Shown in pieces: positions 37,051 to 51,915 of a stretch of 64,000 bases of DNA. A program made the translations under genes and the position numbers. Origin of the DNA: the human T2T-CHM13v2.0 reference genome, Homo sapiens; the NCBI RefSeq assembly GCF_009914755.1, contig NC_060929.1. The stretch is one strand, 5' to 3'. The notes under the pieces were generated by a model that was not told where the DNA came from, made no database searches, and worked only from the letters and a program-made list of their open reading frames with translations. How positions within the stretch are numbered: the stretch's first letter is position 1; each line of letters begins with the position of its first letter.

Positions 37051-37381
37051 TCCTCCTTAAATAAGACATACACAATATCATTTCAAAAGCAAGGCTTCTG
37101 TGAGCGGCACCCTTCCTTTTTTCCTCCACAATCCTCACAGCAGGCATTTTGGTTTCTGTTCTCACCATAGACTCCAAACACCGAAGTAGTTCCCTCCAAG
37201 AGAACCGAGAGCCCCTCTGAGTCCTGGGCATGTTCTTTTCCCCTTTAAGGATTTATCTGGCCATAAAATAGAGATGTGCATTCCTTGGAAGCTACGTATG
37301 CAGGTGTTTTTTCTCTTGCATAAATGTATCCACAAAGTAGAGCCACGTATTTCTCTTTGTGTCTATAAATAACAAAAAGTT

Positions 37382-37726
<345 letters not shown>

Positions 37727-37904
37727 TCAAGGCTAGGTAAGACAAGTCGTTCCCAGGGGTCCCAGTCAATGACTGACAAGATGGCAGACCAATTCCCAAG
37801 TCCCAAGCACAGAGTTAATTGTAAAGACTTTATTTCCTGCTCCTGGGAGATAAGATAACTCATTCTAACAAGGTTTCCATGAGTCCCGATGAAATAAGTC
37901 ATAA

Positions 37905-38325
37905 ATCAGAGTGTGATGTCCTGTGACTAAGACTTGTGGGACATTGGCATAGAAGTGGACAGACCAGAGGAAGCTGGAGGAGGGCAAGGGGAGGTGCACT
38001 TCCTGTTCCCATCATGACCAGGAAGAGCATGTGACTAGCTCTGGCCAATGAGCTGTGAGCAAAAGTGGGGCATGTCTCTTTTCGGTTGGAGCATCTAATT
38101 TCCCATTGAGACCCTTCAGAGAGCTCTCCTTTCTGGCACGAGATCTGGCAACATAAAGACAGTGGCTGCTCTGTCACCTAGGACCTGAGTGACGATGAGA
38201 CCCGAATCCTCCGCCAACCCACATTGAACATACAGCGTGAGCAGGAAATCTTGGTCGTTTTAAGCCACTGGGATGCAAAGTGTGTTTGTTTCTGTAGCAT
38301 AACCTCACCTACTATAATTGATACA
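37905..38325 (+). mobile_element. Old MLT1 LTR
   Basis: catgtgactagctctggccaatgag...ttttaagccactg...tgtttgtttctgtagcataac. Confidence 0.7.
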
Positions 38326-38589
38326 GGAGGAAGGGAGTGGGTATCTGCATCACATCCAAGCCTGACCCCTGCAGCTCATCTCGAGTCCCTGCCAGGTAGT
38401 ATCCGCCTCTGGGTAGCCTTGAGAGGTCACAGTTCTGAAGGAGGAATCGGGCGAAAGAATGTCCCTTCTCACTGTCTCCAGCTAGGGGGTGAGCTTGGGA
38501 TGGCACAAGAAGGAAGGGAAACTCGGGGTGGATGTGATTCGGTGCTAGAGCGTGGGCCTTGTGGTTGGTTGTACTCGCTGAACTTAAGA

Positions 38590-39050
38590 TTGGCAGCCCA
38601 GATATGGATGAGCCTGGGGGACCTTATGCTAAATGAAATAAGCCAGGCTCAGAAAGACAAATACTGCACGCTCTCACTCATACGTGGAAGCTAAAACAGT
38701 TGATGTCACAGAAATAGAGAGTAGTTCCTGGAGAGTGGGGGGCAGCGGGCTGGGGATTGCCAAGGCTGGTTAACATATCCAAAAGTGCGGCAAGATGGGG
38801 GAATAAGCGTTAGTGCCCTATAGTGCCGGAAAGCGCCTGGAATCCGTAAGAATGTATTGTGCATTTTCAAATAGCTAGAAGAGTGGACTTTGAATGTTCC
38901 CAACACAAAGAAATGATAATGTTTGAGGTGACAGATATGCTAATTACCCTGATGTAATCATTACACATTGCATACACGTGTCTAAATATCACACCCTACC
39001 CCAGAAATATGTACAATTATTACATGCCAATTAAAAATAACAGTAAGAGC
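38590..39050 (+). mobile_element. L1MA 3' end
   Basis: atgctaaatgaaataagccaggc...tttgaatgttcccaacacaaagaaatgata...gctaattaccctgat. Confidence 0.9.
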
Positions 39051-42000
39051 AAAATCAAAAACCAAACAAGAATGACTTTTTAACATACATTTTTTAAAAA
39101 TTGCCAGTCCAAATCCAAATCAGAGGGTCAGCACAAAGGTCACTAATAAGCGCTTTTGCTAGGGTGGTGGCAGGGCCCCTGCTGCAGTGTGAGTGTCTCC
39201 ATCCAGGACACCCAGCACAGCTCGGTAGCCTTGCTGGGCTCCAGGGAAAGGGGCCTTGCTTCCTCCAGGGCACGTCTCCCAGCATCAGTGTCAAGGGAGT
39301 CCTGTCCAAGATGAACTCACCTGCCCTCAGGGTCCTAAGCCCCATGTAGTGGGACGGTCCCTTCCGATGCCCTGGTGGGTTGCGGTGACTTCTGCCTGCC
39401 CTTGTTTCCCTTTCGTGAAACTTCCCCTCCTTTAATCTGAGTCAGACCCCAGGCTTCAGGGGCAGGCAGGCCTGGCCAATCCCAGCACCACGCCTTCCTG
39501 GCCACCATGAAGGATCAGGGTGAACATACAACCAAAGCGGGCCAAGGAGTAGGCAAGGTGTGAGGTGGGGGGCCTGCAGCGGCTGGAGCCCCCCTGCACT
39601 ACAGGAGACCCCCCACCAAGGATTAAAGGAGGATGAGACCACTGTCGAGCTAAGACTGGGGCTGCAGTCTCATCTGAAGGCTGTACCGGAGGCGGGTCAG
39701 CTCCCAGGCTCATTCAGGTGGTCACGGCGGGCCCCAGCTGAGCTGTTGCACACCATACCGTATGGGCCCCTCCTGGGGCCGTCACCCATGTCAGCTTTAC
39801 CCCACACGGTCGCCCCTGCTCGAGGGACCCAAGAGACAACAAGAGAAGGCACCTCCCCTACAGAAGCCACAGTCTGCTTTTGATAGAATCTCAGTCCCGC
39901 CTACCGCAGGGCATGGACATTAAGAGACTGGGTCACTGGCGGCCATCACGAAGGCTGCCTGCCACTGACGGGTGTCATTTATGCCTGAAGAAGTTCCTCT
40001 CCTTGTGAAAGCCAATTCTGAGTTGTGCTCTTGTCACTTGCAGCGAAGAGAATCTGAGCCACGTGCTTCCTCCTTTGGGGGACCACAGGGACCCCAGTCA
40101 GGACACTCGCTGGCCCATGAAAGATGGCGTCTGGTCTGGGGGCAGCTGATATGTTCTGGGGGCAGTTTATATGCTTCTCAGTGGGAGAAGGGCCCTGGCC
40201 AAGTCTTTGAGGAGGAGTCAAGAGTCCAGCCAGAAAGACATGCCCCAATATCAGGACCAGAGGCAGGAATGAGGCTAGTGTGTAGGACAGAGCTGCGGGA
40301 GGAGCCAGGCTGAGGCAGGCTGGGGGTGTGCAGGGAGGTCCGCTATCCTAGTGTGTGGGCTTGTGGGGAGTACCGGGAGGATGCTAGAAACCCAAGCGCC
40401 TACAGGAGCAAGGCAGGTGACAAGTCAATGAGGCAGGCTGGTTGCACGAAAAGTAAGTCCATCTTGTGTTTTCCCAGTTTTGAAGGAGAAAGGGTACAGA
40501 GGAATATTTCCCTATTAGAATAGAGTGGGGGTCGGTGATAAGGAGTGGCGAGGACTGTGGCAAACCCAGGTGCCCAGGCACAGCTGAAGGGAGCAACATC
40601 CGCCCAGTGCTGGCAGGAACAGAGGCCCAGAGCTGCTGGATCAGATTTCTCAGGTCAATCGTGAAATCTGGATTCTACAGACACCTACCTAATAGTAAAC
40701 ACTGGCTCAAATTGAAATCAGTTATGCAGACAAAACAACGCATCCTCCCCGTCACCACTTTATTCCAGAACCCTGGAATAAGAGCCCTGCAGTGGGCAGC
40801 CCCTTCTCCACGTCCTGCAGACTGGATCCACTCTGGCCGATCACCTCTCTCCTCCCAGATGCTGGCTTCTGTGGTTCAGCCTGGGTTCCCAGCCCGTCTT
40901 AGCAGCCAAAGTGATCTTGCTGCTGCGGCAAGACAATTTATTGAAATATTGATTTGTGTTTTTGTTCTTGCCTCGCTTTGTTCTCGGCCCAGTCCAAGAA
41001 GGCAGCCTGCCACTTTCGTTCTCCAACCCCAAGGAGGTTGTGCTGCAGGGTCCAGAGCTAAAGGGGTCTATGACCCCCTTCTGGCTTTGGGGTTCTGAGG
41101 AGACTCCCTGAGGAGGGGGCAGAGGGGAGGGCTGGGGTGCATGGGCACAGGGAGGGGAAGCTGCACTGGGGCCAGGGGAGCCCTGGGAGGCAGGACTTCA
41201 GGAGACATGAGAGTGTGCTAGACCCTGGGAGCCTGGGTCCCAGCAGGGGGTACCCCAAGAAGTAGAGGAGAGGGTTACCTCAGTGTCCGGGCACCCCAGG
41301 ACTCAACCTGCCACTGGGAGCTTAACTGACAAGCCACAGAGCTGCTTGTGCTTCCTCTCTCTCTCTGCCAACGTCCCAACATCTCCAAGGTCCCAGCCTA
41401 TCTCTGACGGGCACAGAGGAGCCCAGGGGCAGAGATCTTGTCCTTGCTGGGTCTGGAGCATTCAAGGGCTATGGGGTACCCATGAGGCCCAGACATTGAC
41501 CTTGTGCCCAGAGGCCAGGGCAAGGTCTGTGTGCATTCTTAAAACAGCCCTTTGGGTCAGTGAGGAAGGAGTGGGGATAGAAGGGGACAGTGTGGCACTG
41601 AGATGCATGCAGGTGTGGCTGGTGCCACGTCAGGAGGGTCAGGACCTGGTGGCAGGAGCTGAGAGGCATCAGGGCTGCAGGGCGGGAGCAATGAGGCAGA
41701 GACGGCACCAGTGTCTGGCTTTGGGGATTGGTAGCAAGGCAGAAGAGGCGGCGCGGGAAGGGGACGGCAAGTGCCAGAGGAAGAGCGTGGGGTCCGCAGT
41801 GCAGGAAACATGGTCACGGCAATGTCTTTCCTGGCCAGCTTGCTCGTTGGGAAGAGCTGGGCTGTTTTGCTTTGGGAGCTCTCCCACTTCTGGGGGTGCA
41901 GCCCTTGTGGGTGATCAGTCCCAAGCCGTAGCTGGGACCCATGTTAGGCCCATGGAGCACAGGTTCGAAAGGACTGAAAACTGGCTGAAGTGGGTTTGCC

Positions 42001-44149
42001 TGGTGGCAGCACCCAAAACAACCATCCGCAAACTCAGGCTCATGCACCCCAGAGCCCCCTTTCCTCCACCCACTCCTCCCACTCCATGAGAGCTACAGGC
42101 AGCCTTGGGTTCTGCATGCCTCTAAGGACTCCTCACAGAAAGAAACTGATGTCCAGGCAGAGACATCGGGGCAGCTGGACAGGTCTGCGGCCCAGGAGGG
42201 AAGTCTGGGCTGGCCGTGGACAGGGCAAGGCCCTCGCTACTGGAGGCAGTCGGAACCCAAGGGAAGAGCCAAGCTCAGGTCTCTCCGCTGAGACCTCCAG
42301 CCAAGGATACTGTCCTGACATGCAGTGAACTCCCCTGTGGGTCACTTGGGCTCCAGCGGGACCACCTGCTGGGATGCGACCTCCTTTGCTCCTCTGCCAC
42401 CTGGCCTGCATGCAGGAGGCCAGATGGGTCCCTGCTGCCTGGGGCACCCCAGCCCCCACCATCCTGTGCCCTTGCTATGTATCAAGCCTGGGAACTGTGC
42501 TTCCCCTGAGCGAGAAGAAGACACATTTCTCATATATGGATCTCCTCCAGAAGTGAGGGAGGCTGCACTGCTTGTTTCCACTGAGGAGTCTTTCACCAGC
42601 TCGCCCTGGTCATCTACGTCCCTCCCAGTCCTGAATGCACCTGACTTCCAGCTGCCTGCTCGGCTCTGCACGGCTCCTCTAGGAAAGTCTGTCTGTGTGA
42701 CTCCACCTGTTCCTAGCTGTGCTGAGGGGGGGACCAGGAGTGAGCCGTAGCACCCTGGGCTCTGCAAAGGGGGTGGCTGCAGGACCAGCCAGGGACTTTA
42801 CAGGGCAGCCAGTCCCTCCCAGGGGCAGCCGCGGGCACCCAGCCTCCAGAGCAGGGGGCGGTAGATGGTGCTGTATGACCGGGGATGGACATTTCGAGGC
42901 CCTGGGGCTGCATGGTAGCTGCAGGGTCCACCTCCTGAGTGAGGCAGGGCCTCTGAGGGCAGACTCTTCACAGCGGCAGCAGCTCCCAGAACTCCCAGGT
43001 CCAGCCTAGGGCCCCAGAAGAGCCAGGCGGGAGAAGCCTGCAGTAGGGCTGTGGATGAAGTCCAGGGGCCCATCCAGCCCAGGATGCAGGAGGAGTCCTG
43101 AGTGGGCTGACCCTAGCTCAGAGCACGGGAACAGATGAGCTTCCAAGAGGCTGATCGGATCCTCTACAGGGGCCCCAGGACAGTCGTCACCCCTCATGGA
43201 GGGCTCTGCCACCCCTGTTTGGAGGTGACATCGACCACTGCAGACATGGGCTCCCAACTGGGCTCCACTGCCCGAGTGCTCTGGGGCCCTGGACCAGGCT
43301 GGCTCTTCCAGAGTGCAGGGTCCTCCTTGGCCATCATGAGTGCCCACCTATGTCCACATGGAGACCCTCCTTGCTATGCTGGTTCACAGAGCTGCCCAGA
43401 TGCAGGAGGCAGACACTCGTCCAGGCCCCTGGGGCCCTCCCACAGCAGCACCGGGAGCCTGGTCCCAAGAAGGATGGTGTTTCCTCCGGGTTCAGCCTGT
43501 TTGGCTCCCCTGGCCCGGGCTGGAAAGGGTCTGAGGACATGCCTGAAAGACCCAGGGATCCCACCATGAGGTGGAGAGGGCAGATCTGAGGGCCTTAGGG
43601 AGGCAAGAGCTTGATGGCCCTCACCTTGGGTCAGAAGGTCACTTTGCTGAATGCTCCCCAGGGCTGTCAGGAGGCTTGGCCAGGGCAAGGGTGAGGAAAC
43701 ACTGCGGGCCCCTGAACCTCAGGCCCAGCCTGCAGGGGTCTGGGTAACCCCACGGGCCTCAGGGAACAGCCAGGAGCTTAGGGGGCCCGTGGGCCTTGGG
43801 TGGACGAGTAGGCTGCGTCCAGCTCCAAGTCCCAGCCCCATCCTGGCCGCGGGACCCTGGCTCTGAGCTGCCCGCCGGGTCCCTCCTCCTGCGTGCGATC
43901 GGTCACCTGCCAGATGGGGCACCTACTGGGGATGTGCCTGTTGCTGTCGCTGGCCTCTGAGTCACTAAAGCCTAAGCTCCTTGAGGGCCGGGTGGTTGCT
44001 GGGCCCGAGTCTGTGCCCCAGCCCTGGCCCACGCCTGCCCTCAGTAGCCCCACTCCTCCCTTCACGGAGCAATCCCGGCTTCTGCTCTCCATGCCAGGAT
44101 GAGGCAGCGAACGCGGCCAGAGGACCCCGGCTGCTGGGCGCTCAGTGAT

Positions 44150-44900
44150 GAAGGAATGAACACGAGCACCCTCAGGAGCCAGGCTGGGCAGGGAGGGAGG
44201 CGCCGGCTGCGGGGACGTTCTCGGGAGGCCTGGGGAAGTGAGCCCAAAGGGCCGCCCCGGCAGATGCTGACCCCAGCAGGAAGTCACCGTCCGCAAGGAG
44301 CGCCCCGCTAGGCTCAGGCTTGGCACACGACACCTCGCTTCCACTTCATTTTCCTACCTTCCGGATGACGAACTGCGTCTCAGACAACTGAAAGGACTCG
44401 CCTGAGTCCCACAGCCGGAAAGAGGTCGGGGTGCTGCCCCCCGCGCGGGGCGGGCAGAGGAAGGGCCGGGCCCGAGCGGCCACCAGGTGGCGCTGCTGCC
44501 GCGAGAACAGCGGCCCGGGCCGGGGACGCACCCGGCGCCCAGACTCCGCGGCCGCACCCGGGCTCCCGGGGCCCCAGCGGCCCCAAGACAGCCTCTGGGC
44601 CTCACCCTAAATACATCAATTATGACCTGAGCAAAAAGTTCTGTTCCAATCGTTGCTCTCCGACATTTCCATTGTTTGCTCTGGAAGGAGCTGAATTATC
44701 TATGCTCTTCCCTCCTTCAGTCAAGGAGACGTGGGAGGAAACCGGGATGGGGATCAGCAGCCTGGAGGCCGCCTCCGCTGGAACCGCGCCCGCCCCGCCA
44801 GGAGGCTCTGCCTGCTGGGCAAGGCGCACTCAGCCAGCCCCGCAGGCCGCCACGCGACCGAGGCTCACCAAGTCCACTGCAGGTGGCAGGTGAGGTCACC
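44150..44900. promoter_or_regulatory. Intronic CpG-rich segment with CTCF consensus site (44476-44496) and GC box
   Basis: High CpG density at 44440-44585; gcggccaccaggtggcgctgc; ggggcggg. Confidence 0.7.
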
Positions 44901-45287
44901 TGGGCAGCTCTAGGCCCGGCCGAAATATCTCATCTGCTCTGTTCTTGGGCAAGTTACCTTACTTGTCCCCACCTGCAAAATGGGCACAACTGCAGCTCCG
45001 AGCTTGGAGCTGGGGGGCTTCCGCCCATGACAGTTCAGGCAGGGTGCAGTCAGCGCCCACAAATGTCCCTTGTCCTTGTCTCTGCCGTGCTGTTGATACT
45101 GATGGAGTATAACACCAGTCCCTGGGGACTGGCCTACCCGCTGGGGCTGGCTCATGCCCCCAAGGGGATGCGGCTTCAGCAAAGCTTCTCAACCGTCCCC
45201 ATCCCAGAGGGGCCCTCCTGCCTCAGACCAGCCTCCTAAACAGGTGCAGGATAGGACAGCAGGGAGGTTGGGTTCTGGTGAGCAGAC

Positions 45288-45517
45288 CACATTTCTCAAC
45301 CTCAGCACTCCAGATATTTGGGGCCAGATAATTCCTGTTGGGTGAGGCGGGCACCCTGTTCATGGCAGGATGTTGAGCACACCCCTGGGCACTCCTTGCC
45401 AGAACCCAGTGGAACCCTCCCCCTAGTCGTGACAACCAAAAGTCTCTCCAGACACTGCCAAATGTCCCCCGGGTGGGGGGAGGGGTGGCAAAGTCACTCT
45501 TGGTTGGGAGCAACTGA
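45288..45517 (+). mobile_element. MER20-like DNA transposon
   Basis: tttctcaacctcagcact...gtgacaaccaaaagtctctccagacactgccaaatgtcccc. Confidence 0.85.
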
Positions 45518-46273
45518 CCCTCAGGGGACCAGGACAAGGAGGCTGAAGCTGGTGCTCCTGACCAGCCGGGATCACAGAGTCCAGCCCCTCCTCCCAGAGC
45601 AGAGTGGCTCCACCAGCGTGTGGCCCCGGGCAGGCCGCTCGCCCCCTGGAGCCAGGGTCCTCACTGTCAAATGGGGATGATCACAGTGTCTACTCCACAG
45701 GGTTGCTATGGGGGTGAGGGCATAAAGTCACATAAAGGGCTTCAGACGGTGCCTGTCCCAGAAGAAGCTCTACAAACAGTCACTTGCACGAACGCCTTTA
45801 TGATTGTCGTCATTCCTGTTGTGTGCTGGGGTTTCACAGACCTCCTCTTATGGGGGAAACTAAGGCCCCATGATGTTAAATTGCTCACCAAAGGTCCCAC
45901 GAGTATGGACAAAGCCAGAATGAATGGCAGGGACAAGGTCCCACCATCCCTGCTCTGTGAGCACATGTTCTACCGTGCCCCCCAGCTGAGTGCAAAGTGG
46001 GCTCCCCCAAGGCTGGAGGTCTCTTGTTCCAGGCAGGGCTTACAGATCAAATCTCATCACGACAGAGAACCACAAGAGCTGGGGCAGGAGGCGTGCACCT
46101 CATTTCTCTGCCAGAACTCCCATATCGTTCCAGCATTTTGTTTCCAGCCATCTTCCCCAAAGCCTGGGAAGCTATTCCCAGAGAGAGCCAAGCTGCCAGA
46201 ACAGGATTCTCAACTTGAGCCTTCCCAGGCATGAGCCAGTGCAGGCCTGTGGGGAGGCAGAAGAGGGGCCTCC

Positions 46274-46631
46274 TGCTAGAATCTGAATGTTGTGTCCCCC
46301 ACATTTGAAAGGTTGAAAGCTGAGAACCAATGTTATGGTATTAGGAAGTGTGGTCTTTGAGAGGTCATTAGGTCATGAGGGTGGAGTCTCCATAAATGAG
46401 ATTAGCACCCTTACAAAAGAAGCCTGAGGGAGCCTGTTCACCCTTCCATCATGCGAGGGCACAGCTAGAAGGTGCCCTCTAGGAGGAATGGGTCCTTACG
46501 ACACATCAGTTCTGCTGGCGTCCTGCTCTTGGACTTCCCAGCCCCCAGAACAGTGAGTAACACAATTCCATTGGTTATAAATTACTCAGTCTAAGGTATT
46601 TCTGTTATTGCAGCCCAAACAGACTAAGGCA
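46274..46631 (+). mobile_element. MaLR solo LTR (MST/MLT1A-type)
   Basis: tctgaatgttgtgtcccc...ggacttcccagcccccagaac...gcagcccaaacagactaaggca. Confidence 0.88.
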
Positions 46632-49600
46632 CCTCCCAAGGGCAGTGTCCAGCCTTAGTGCCTCCTAGTTCTCTGGACCCAGGTAGGTCTGGGTGAGGAG
46701 GTGGATGGAGGATGATGTGGGTGGGCCATCATGCCTTGCACCCCTATCAGGTTGGGGGTTGGGACCCAGATGCTCAGGAGGACAGGGGGCTGTCCCTGGG
46801 GTGAGGCATGGGGTGTGTTTCCCACCTCATCCCCTGTCCCAGATCCCCAGGGCCCTTGATATATCCTCCCCAGACCTTCACTTCCTGGCCTTCCTGCACC
46901 ATGGCTGGGCCACTCTAAATCCTCTACCCTATAGGTGGGTGGGTGGGCACACCAAGCCCCCACCCCCAGCACCTCTCTTCTCGTGCTTTCCACTAAGAGA
47001 CTCACATGCAGAATTTCTCAGACCTTTCACCTCCAATGCTGAAAAATTCCAGCAAGCATTCCACACTTTGTCTTGACCTGGTTTTTTATAACAAGACACT
47101 TTATGTCCTTCTCTGATGCTCCCCAAGTCTCTGATTTCCATTTGCTTTGATTTTCATCATCCTAGGAAATATTTAAAATGAGAACAGTTGAGTAGCTTTG
47201 GTACCTTCTCAAAAAATCAATTGAAAAGCCAGTTGCTATGCAACCTCAAGTGTTGCCGATGCTCTGCTCCCTGGCTGGTGGTATATTGTATAAAATAAGA
47301 TCATCTCTTTTCTTCTGCTTTTTTTTAAGAAATGGAGAAAAATGTTGTTTTAGGAAAAACTTGAGATAACTCAGAGGCTTCTCATAAGCTAGAAGACAAA
47401 CATGTCACTCAAACAAGTGCTACCAATTTTATCCCCACTGGAGCCTGGTGAGGCCTGGGGGACAGGCAATGGGGGAGCGGCAGGTGGGGAGCTGGTCTAT
47501 TTCTGTCACAATTTGGGATGAATAACAGGAACCGAGTATCTGGGCCACTTTCTGCCCAAGTCTGGGTCATGGTCTCACATCCCCCAGAGTCTGTCCCCAC
47601 CGTGGGGGGGACAGCTCAGCCCCCTCCTGACTGCCATCGCCTTGGTTTTGCCATGCTAAAATTCTTCTAGAGACGGGGGCCTCATTCCTTGACGGGAAGC
47701 CTGTGGTTCCTTGAAGAGCAGCTCATCAGAATTCATCCCCACCATGTGCCAAACTTTGTCCCCAGAGCCCCATCGAGAATCCCTGGCTGTGCTTCTCTGT
47801 GAGCAAAAGGGGTCTGTTCCCTTGGACACAGGAGCTAGGCCTTTTGCCCCCAGATCTTGGCTGGGAAGTCCCCATCCTGGCTGCTCCATCCATGGTCCCC
47901 TATTGCCTGCCACCCTGCTGTATTCCTTGCCGGTGCTCACCACTCTGTCGCTGTCTTGTCTGCTGCTACTGCCTGGACACAGGGCTCCTCTCCCCTCCTC
48001 GTTCATGCACCTCCCTGGGATTAAACAGCAGCTGCTCGGGAAGCCAGAGGCTCTGGGCTGGCCGGATGCTTTGGGGGCACAAGGATACATCTCCTCCCAC
48101 GTTCATCAGACACCTCAGAGACCTGAAAACAGGGCCTCCCCCAGTGCTATGCAAAGTGAAGTCTGTGCCTGGTGGACACAAACTGTTCCAGTCCACAGTG
48201 AGATAAGTACAGAAACTAGAAACTTTTATAGCAATTGGACGGGTTGAGTTTATGTCCACAGAATTTAATAATAAAAATCCAGACCTAGAGTTTTTGGATA
48301 CCTCGGTTTTTGTCACATTTGCTTTTCCCAGTAATTCATTTATAACGTATGGTACGGAAGTATTGGTCTGTGATGGGTTTGAAATAGGAAAAAGAAAACA
48401 GCCAGGTCTTTGGCATTGAGGTGCACTGTGTACTGCTGCTCCCAGGATGGCCTCTCCCCTGGCCACCTGGGGATGGCAGATGGCTCCTCCGGTCCCACAG
48501 ACGCTGCTCCCAAGCCCTGTGGCCCACAGCACATTCGCTAAGTCAGCCAGGGCCCATGACCAGAACCCATTTTCCTAGCCGCTGTGCCCTCTACCCCAAG
48601 CCTTCAGCCCAGCCCCTAGCAGTGCCACCTCCTCTGCTCTACTATTTCCTGCACTTTTGCAGTAGGTCCAACCTAAAGCAACGAGGACTCATAGCCTCGG
48701 CTCACTTCCCCTCTCACAGCCCAGAACCCCCCAGAGAAGGGCACAGCAGCGGGCAGGCCCGGCTCTTCTGGCAGTCTACACTCAGCTGATCAACTCAGGA
48801 GATCCCCGGGATGGAGCGGACCCCATGGGCACTGGCGTCCCCTACCCCCATCACTGCCTCCTGTGCTTGATCTGGGAGGCTTCTAGGAGGAAGGCGGGGT
48901 AGGGCCAGGCAGAAAAAGGTGGGCAGAGTATGGGGTGAGCTTTGCTGAGCCCCACTCTGGGCAGGCATGAGTTAGGAGCAGGAAAAAAGGCCCAGAATGC
49001 TGGAATGTTCCAGAACATTCCAGGAGGCCAATCATCCCTGAATTCCCGGGGTCTGACAGAGGGACCGGCTGTGTGTTGTCCTCCAAGCTAGGCTGAGGGG
49101 CCTGGGAACAGGCACTGGGGTGTCCTGGGTCCCACACCCCTCACAACCCAGCACTGCCTCTCCCCTGCCTCCTCAGCTGCGGGTCCACTGAGCCCTCGGG
49201 GCCGGGGGTAAGCTGGTTCCATCTGGAGTTAGCTCTGGAAGCGTGCGTCCAGCTTCCGGTTCTGTCTTCCAATCCCTCACCACCATCAGTTCTCAAGCCC
49301 CTTCCCAGCAGGAGGCGGAAGCAAGGCCAGCCTCAGTTCACCTATGTCCTCTCTGTTCTCTTTGTACCTGGGTTGCAGAAGTTGCCCGGTGCCCACCACA
49401 GGCATGAGCTGCCCTGGTTTGCTGGCTATGGATCTCAGCACCCCCAGGGCCTGCACATGTCCCCATGTTGTCCCTGGGAAGAGCAGGCTGCACCTGACAA
49501 CCGGTCCCCTGCCCACTGCCCCATTCCCAACTCTGCCAAAAGTGGAAGTGGGGCCCCAGCATGGCCCCAGTGAAGCAGAGCTTCTGCAGGTGCATGAGGG

Positions 49601-50126
49601 GTGGGGGTCCCAGCAAAGCAGAACTTCTGCAGGCAAGGCGCATGAGGGGCAGGGGCCAAGGAGGCCCTGGCCAGGAGGGTGGTGCCTGCTAACCCAGGGG
49701 CGTGGGCTTCTCATGCAGGGGAGACCACGTACCTATGGCAGCCTGCGTCCTCACTCCAAGATTTCCCATTTCCTTCAGGTGGACCCGCTGCAGGTGGACC
49801 CCCTGCCCCAGCCACAGGAAACGTGAGCTAGCGCCCATAGGGTGGAACACAGAAACCTCATTACTCCTCCCCAGCCCACTGCAGAGATGACGTGCCAAGG
49901 GAAAGCATGAATTCTCTTTGATGTCTTCATTGAAATCAGAAATAAAGGACTGAGCGTGACAGAGCCCTGTGGCATGCCACCGGAGACCTTTCTCCAGAGT
50001 GCTGAATTCAGTCAAACGGCATCATTTGGATCCTACCATTTTTAAATGATTTTTTAAAAAATCATTTAAAAAATTTAAATTTCACAAATTTAAAATGCAG
50101 TGTTTTGTTTATAAAAGAAACATGCT

Positions 50127-50443
<317 letters not shown>

Positions 50444-50925
50444 ACCATGCTCATCATATTGAATTTAAAAAATTCAGTAAAGTACAAAGAAGAAAATGAA
50501 AATTAATTAGCCTACTGCCCACAGAGAAATCCTGTTCACATTTGATGTGTTCCTTCCAGTCTTTTTGGTAAATATATTTGTACACCAAATTGAGATCATA
50601 CGGAAAACTGAGATCCTGCTTTTCAAACAACAAACAGCTTTAGACTGTAACCATTTCCCAATGCCATTAAACATGTTTCGAAAATGCAATTTTGTGGCAG
50701 CCTAATACTCTACCACATAGGTTTATCATTACTTAACTAGACCACTATTATTGGACAATATAGGTTGTTTGCTGTTGTTCACATGAGAGATAATGCCATG
50801 ACCCTTGTCTTGTTCCTAAAACTTGGCCCACAGCTGGGATCACTGCTTTGGAACAGAGTTGTAGAAATGAATGTCTGGGGTCACAGAAATGAATGTCTGG
50901 GGGCAAACATCAAGAACATTTTAAA

Positions 50926-51264
<339 letters not shown>

Positions 51265-51915
51265 CTACATTTCCTTAGAATATCTGTACTCATACTCAAA
51301 GTGTGCCTGCTTCATTCACCCAGCCATAAATCCCTCTTCATCTTAACAGGGTTGATGCTTTATAAATGGTGTATTATTTATTTCTTTAACAGTAGAGTTA
51401 GATATTTTTCCATATGGGCTTTCTCTTAGCCACTTGGATTTTTTTCTTTGTTTCCTTCCATTGACAATTTTGTTTCCTTATGATTTAGAGGAGGTTTTAT
51501 ATATTAAGATATATTTATCACATTGCAAATGTTTTTCCTGCTTGTCATTTGCCTTTTCATTGTGTTTTTTGACAGAAGTTTGGTATTATACTTATCCAAA
51601 TATATCCATATTCCCCTTTACAATTCCTTCAATTGGATTTATGCTTAGAAAGCTCTTGACAACCAATATTTTCTTCTTGATTTGTGTGATTTAAATAGTT
51701 GAATGTTGTATTGGCTTATATTTGTCATATGATAATTTAATTTCCTATTTATTAAATTTATGTTATATATTTATTTATAACACAATAAGCATTCTGTGTT
51801 TATCACGGTAGGTTATTTGTAAGAGGGGTATTTTCAACTATTTTATTCAACTGAACTGTCTATGAAAGTTTATGCACATATGGCACTATTTTAATTATCT
51901 TCACTTTACAAGATG

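Noticed and set aside
41110-41190. G-run clusters with G4 potential (also about 16430-16620 and 63870-63970)
   Set aside because: Frequent in this GC-rich background and not distinctive without data
41283-42089. 268-aa plus-strand ORF (also 15770-16696, 25114-25842, 62795-63433)
   Set aside because: No recognisable domain; Pro/Gly/Ser/Arg-rich composition expected by chance in GC-rich introns
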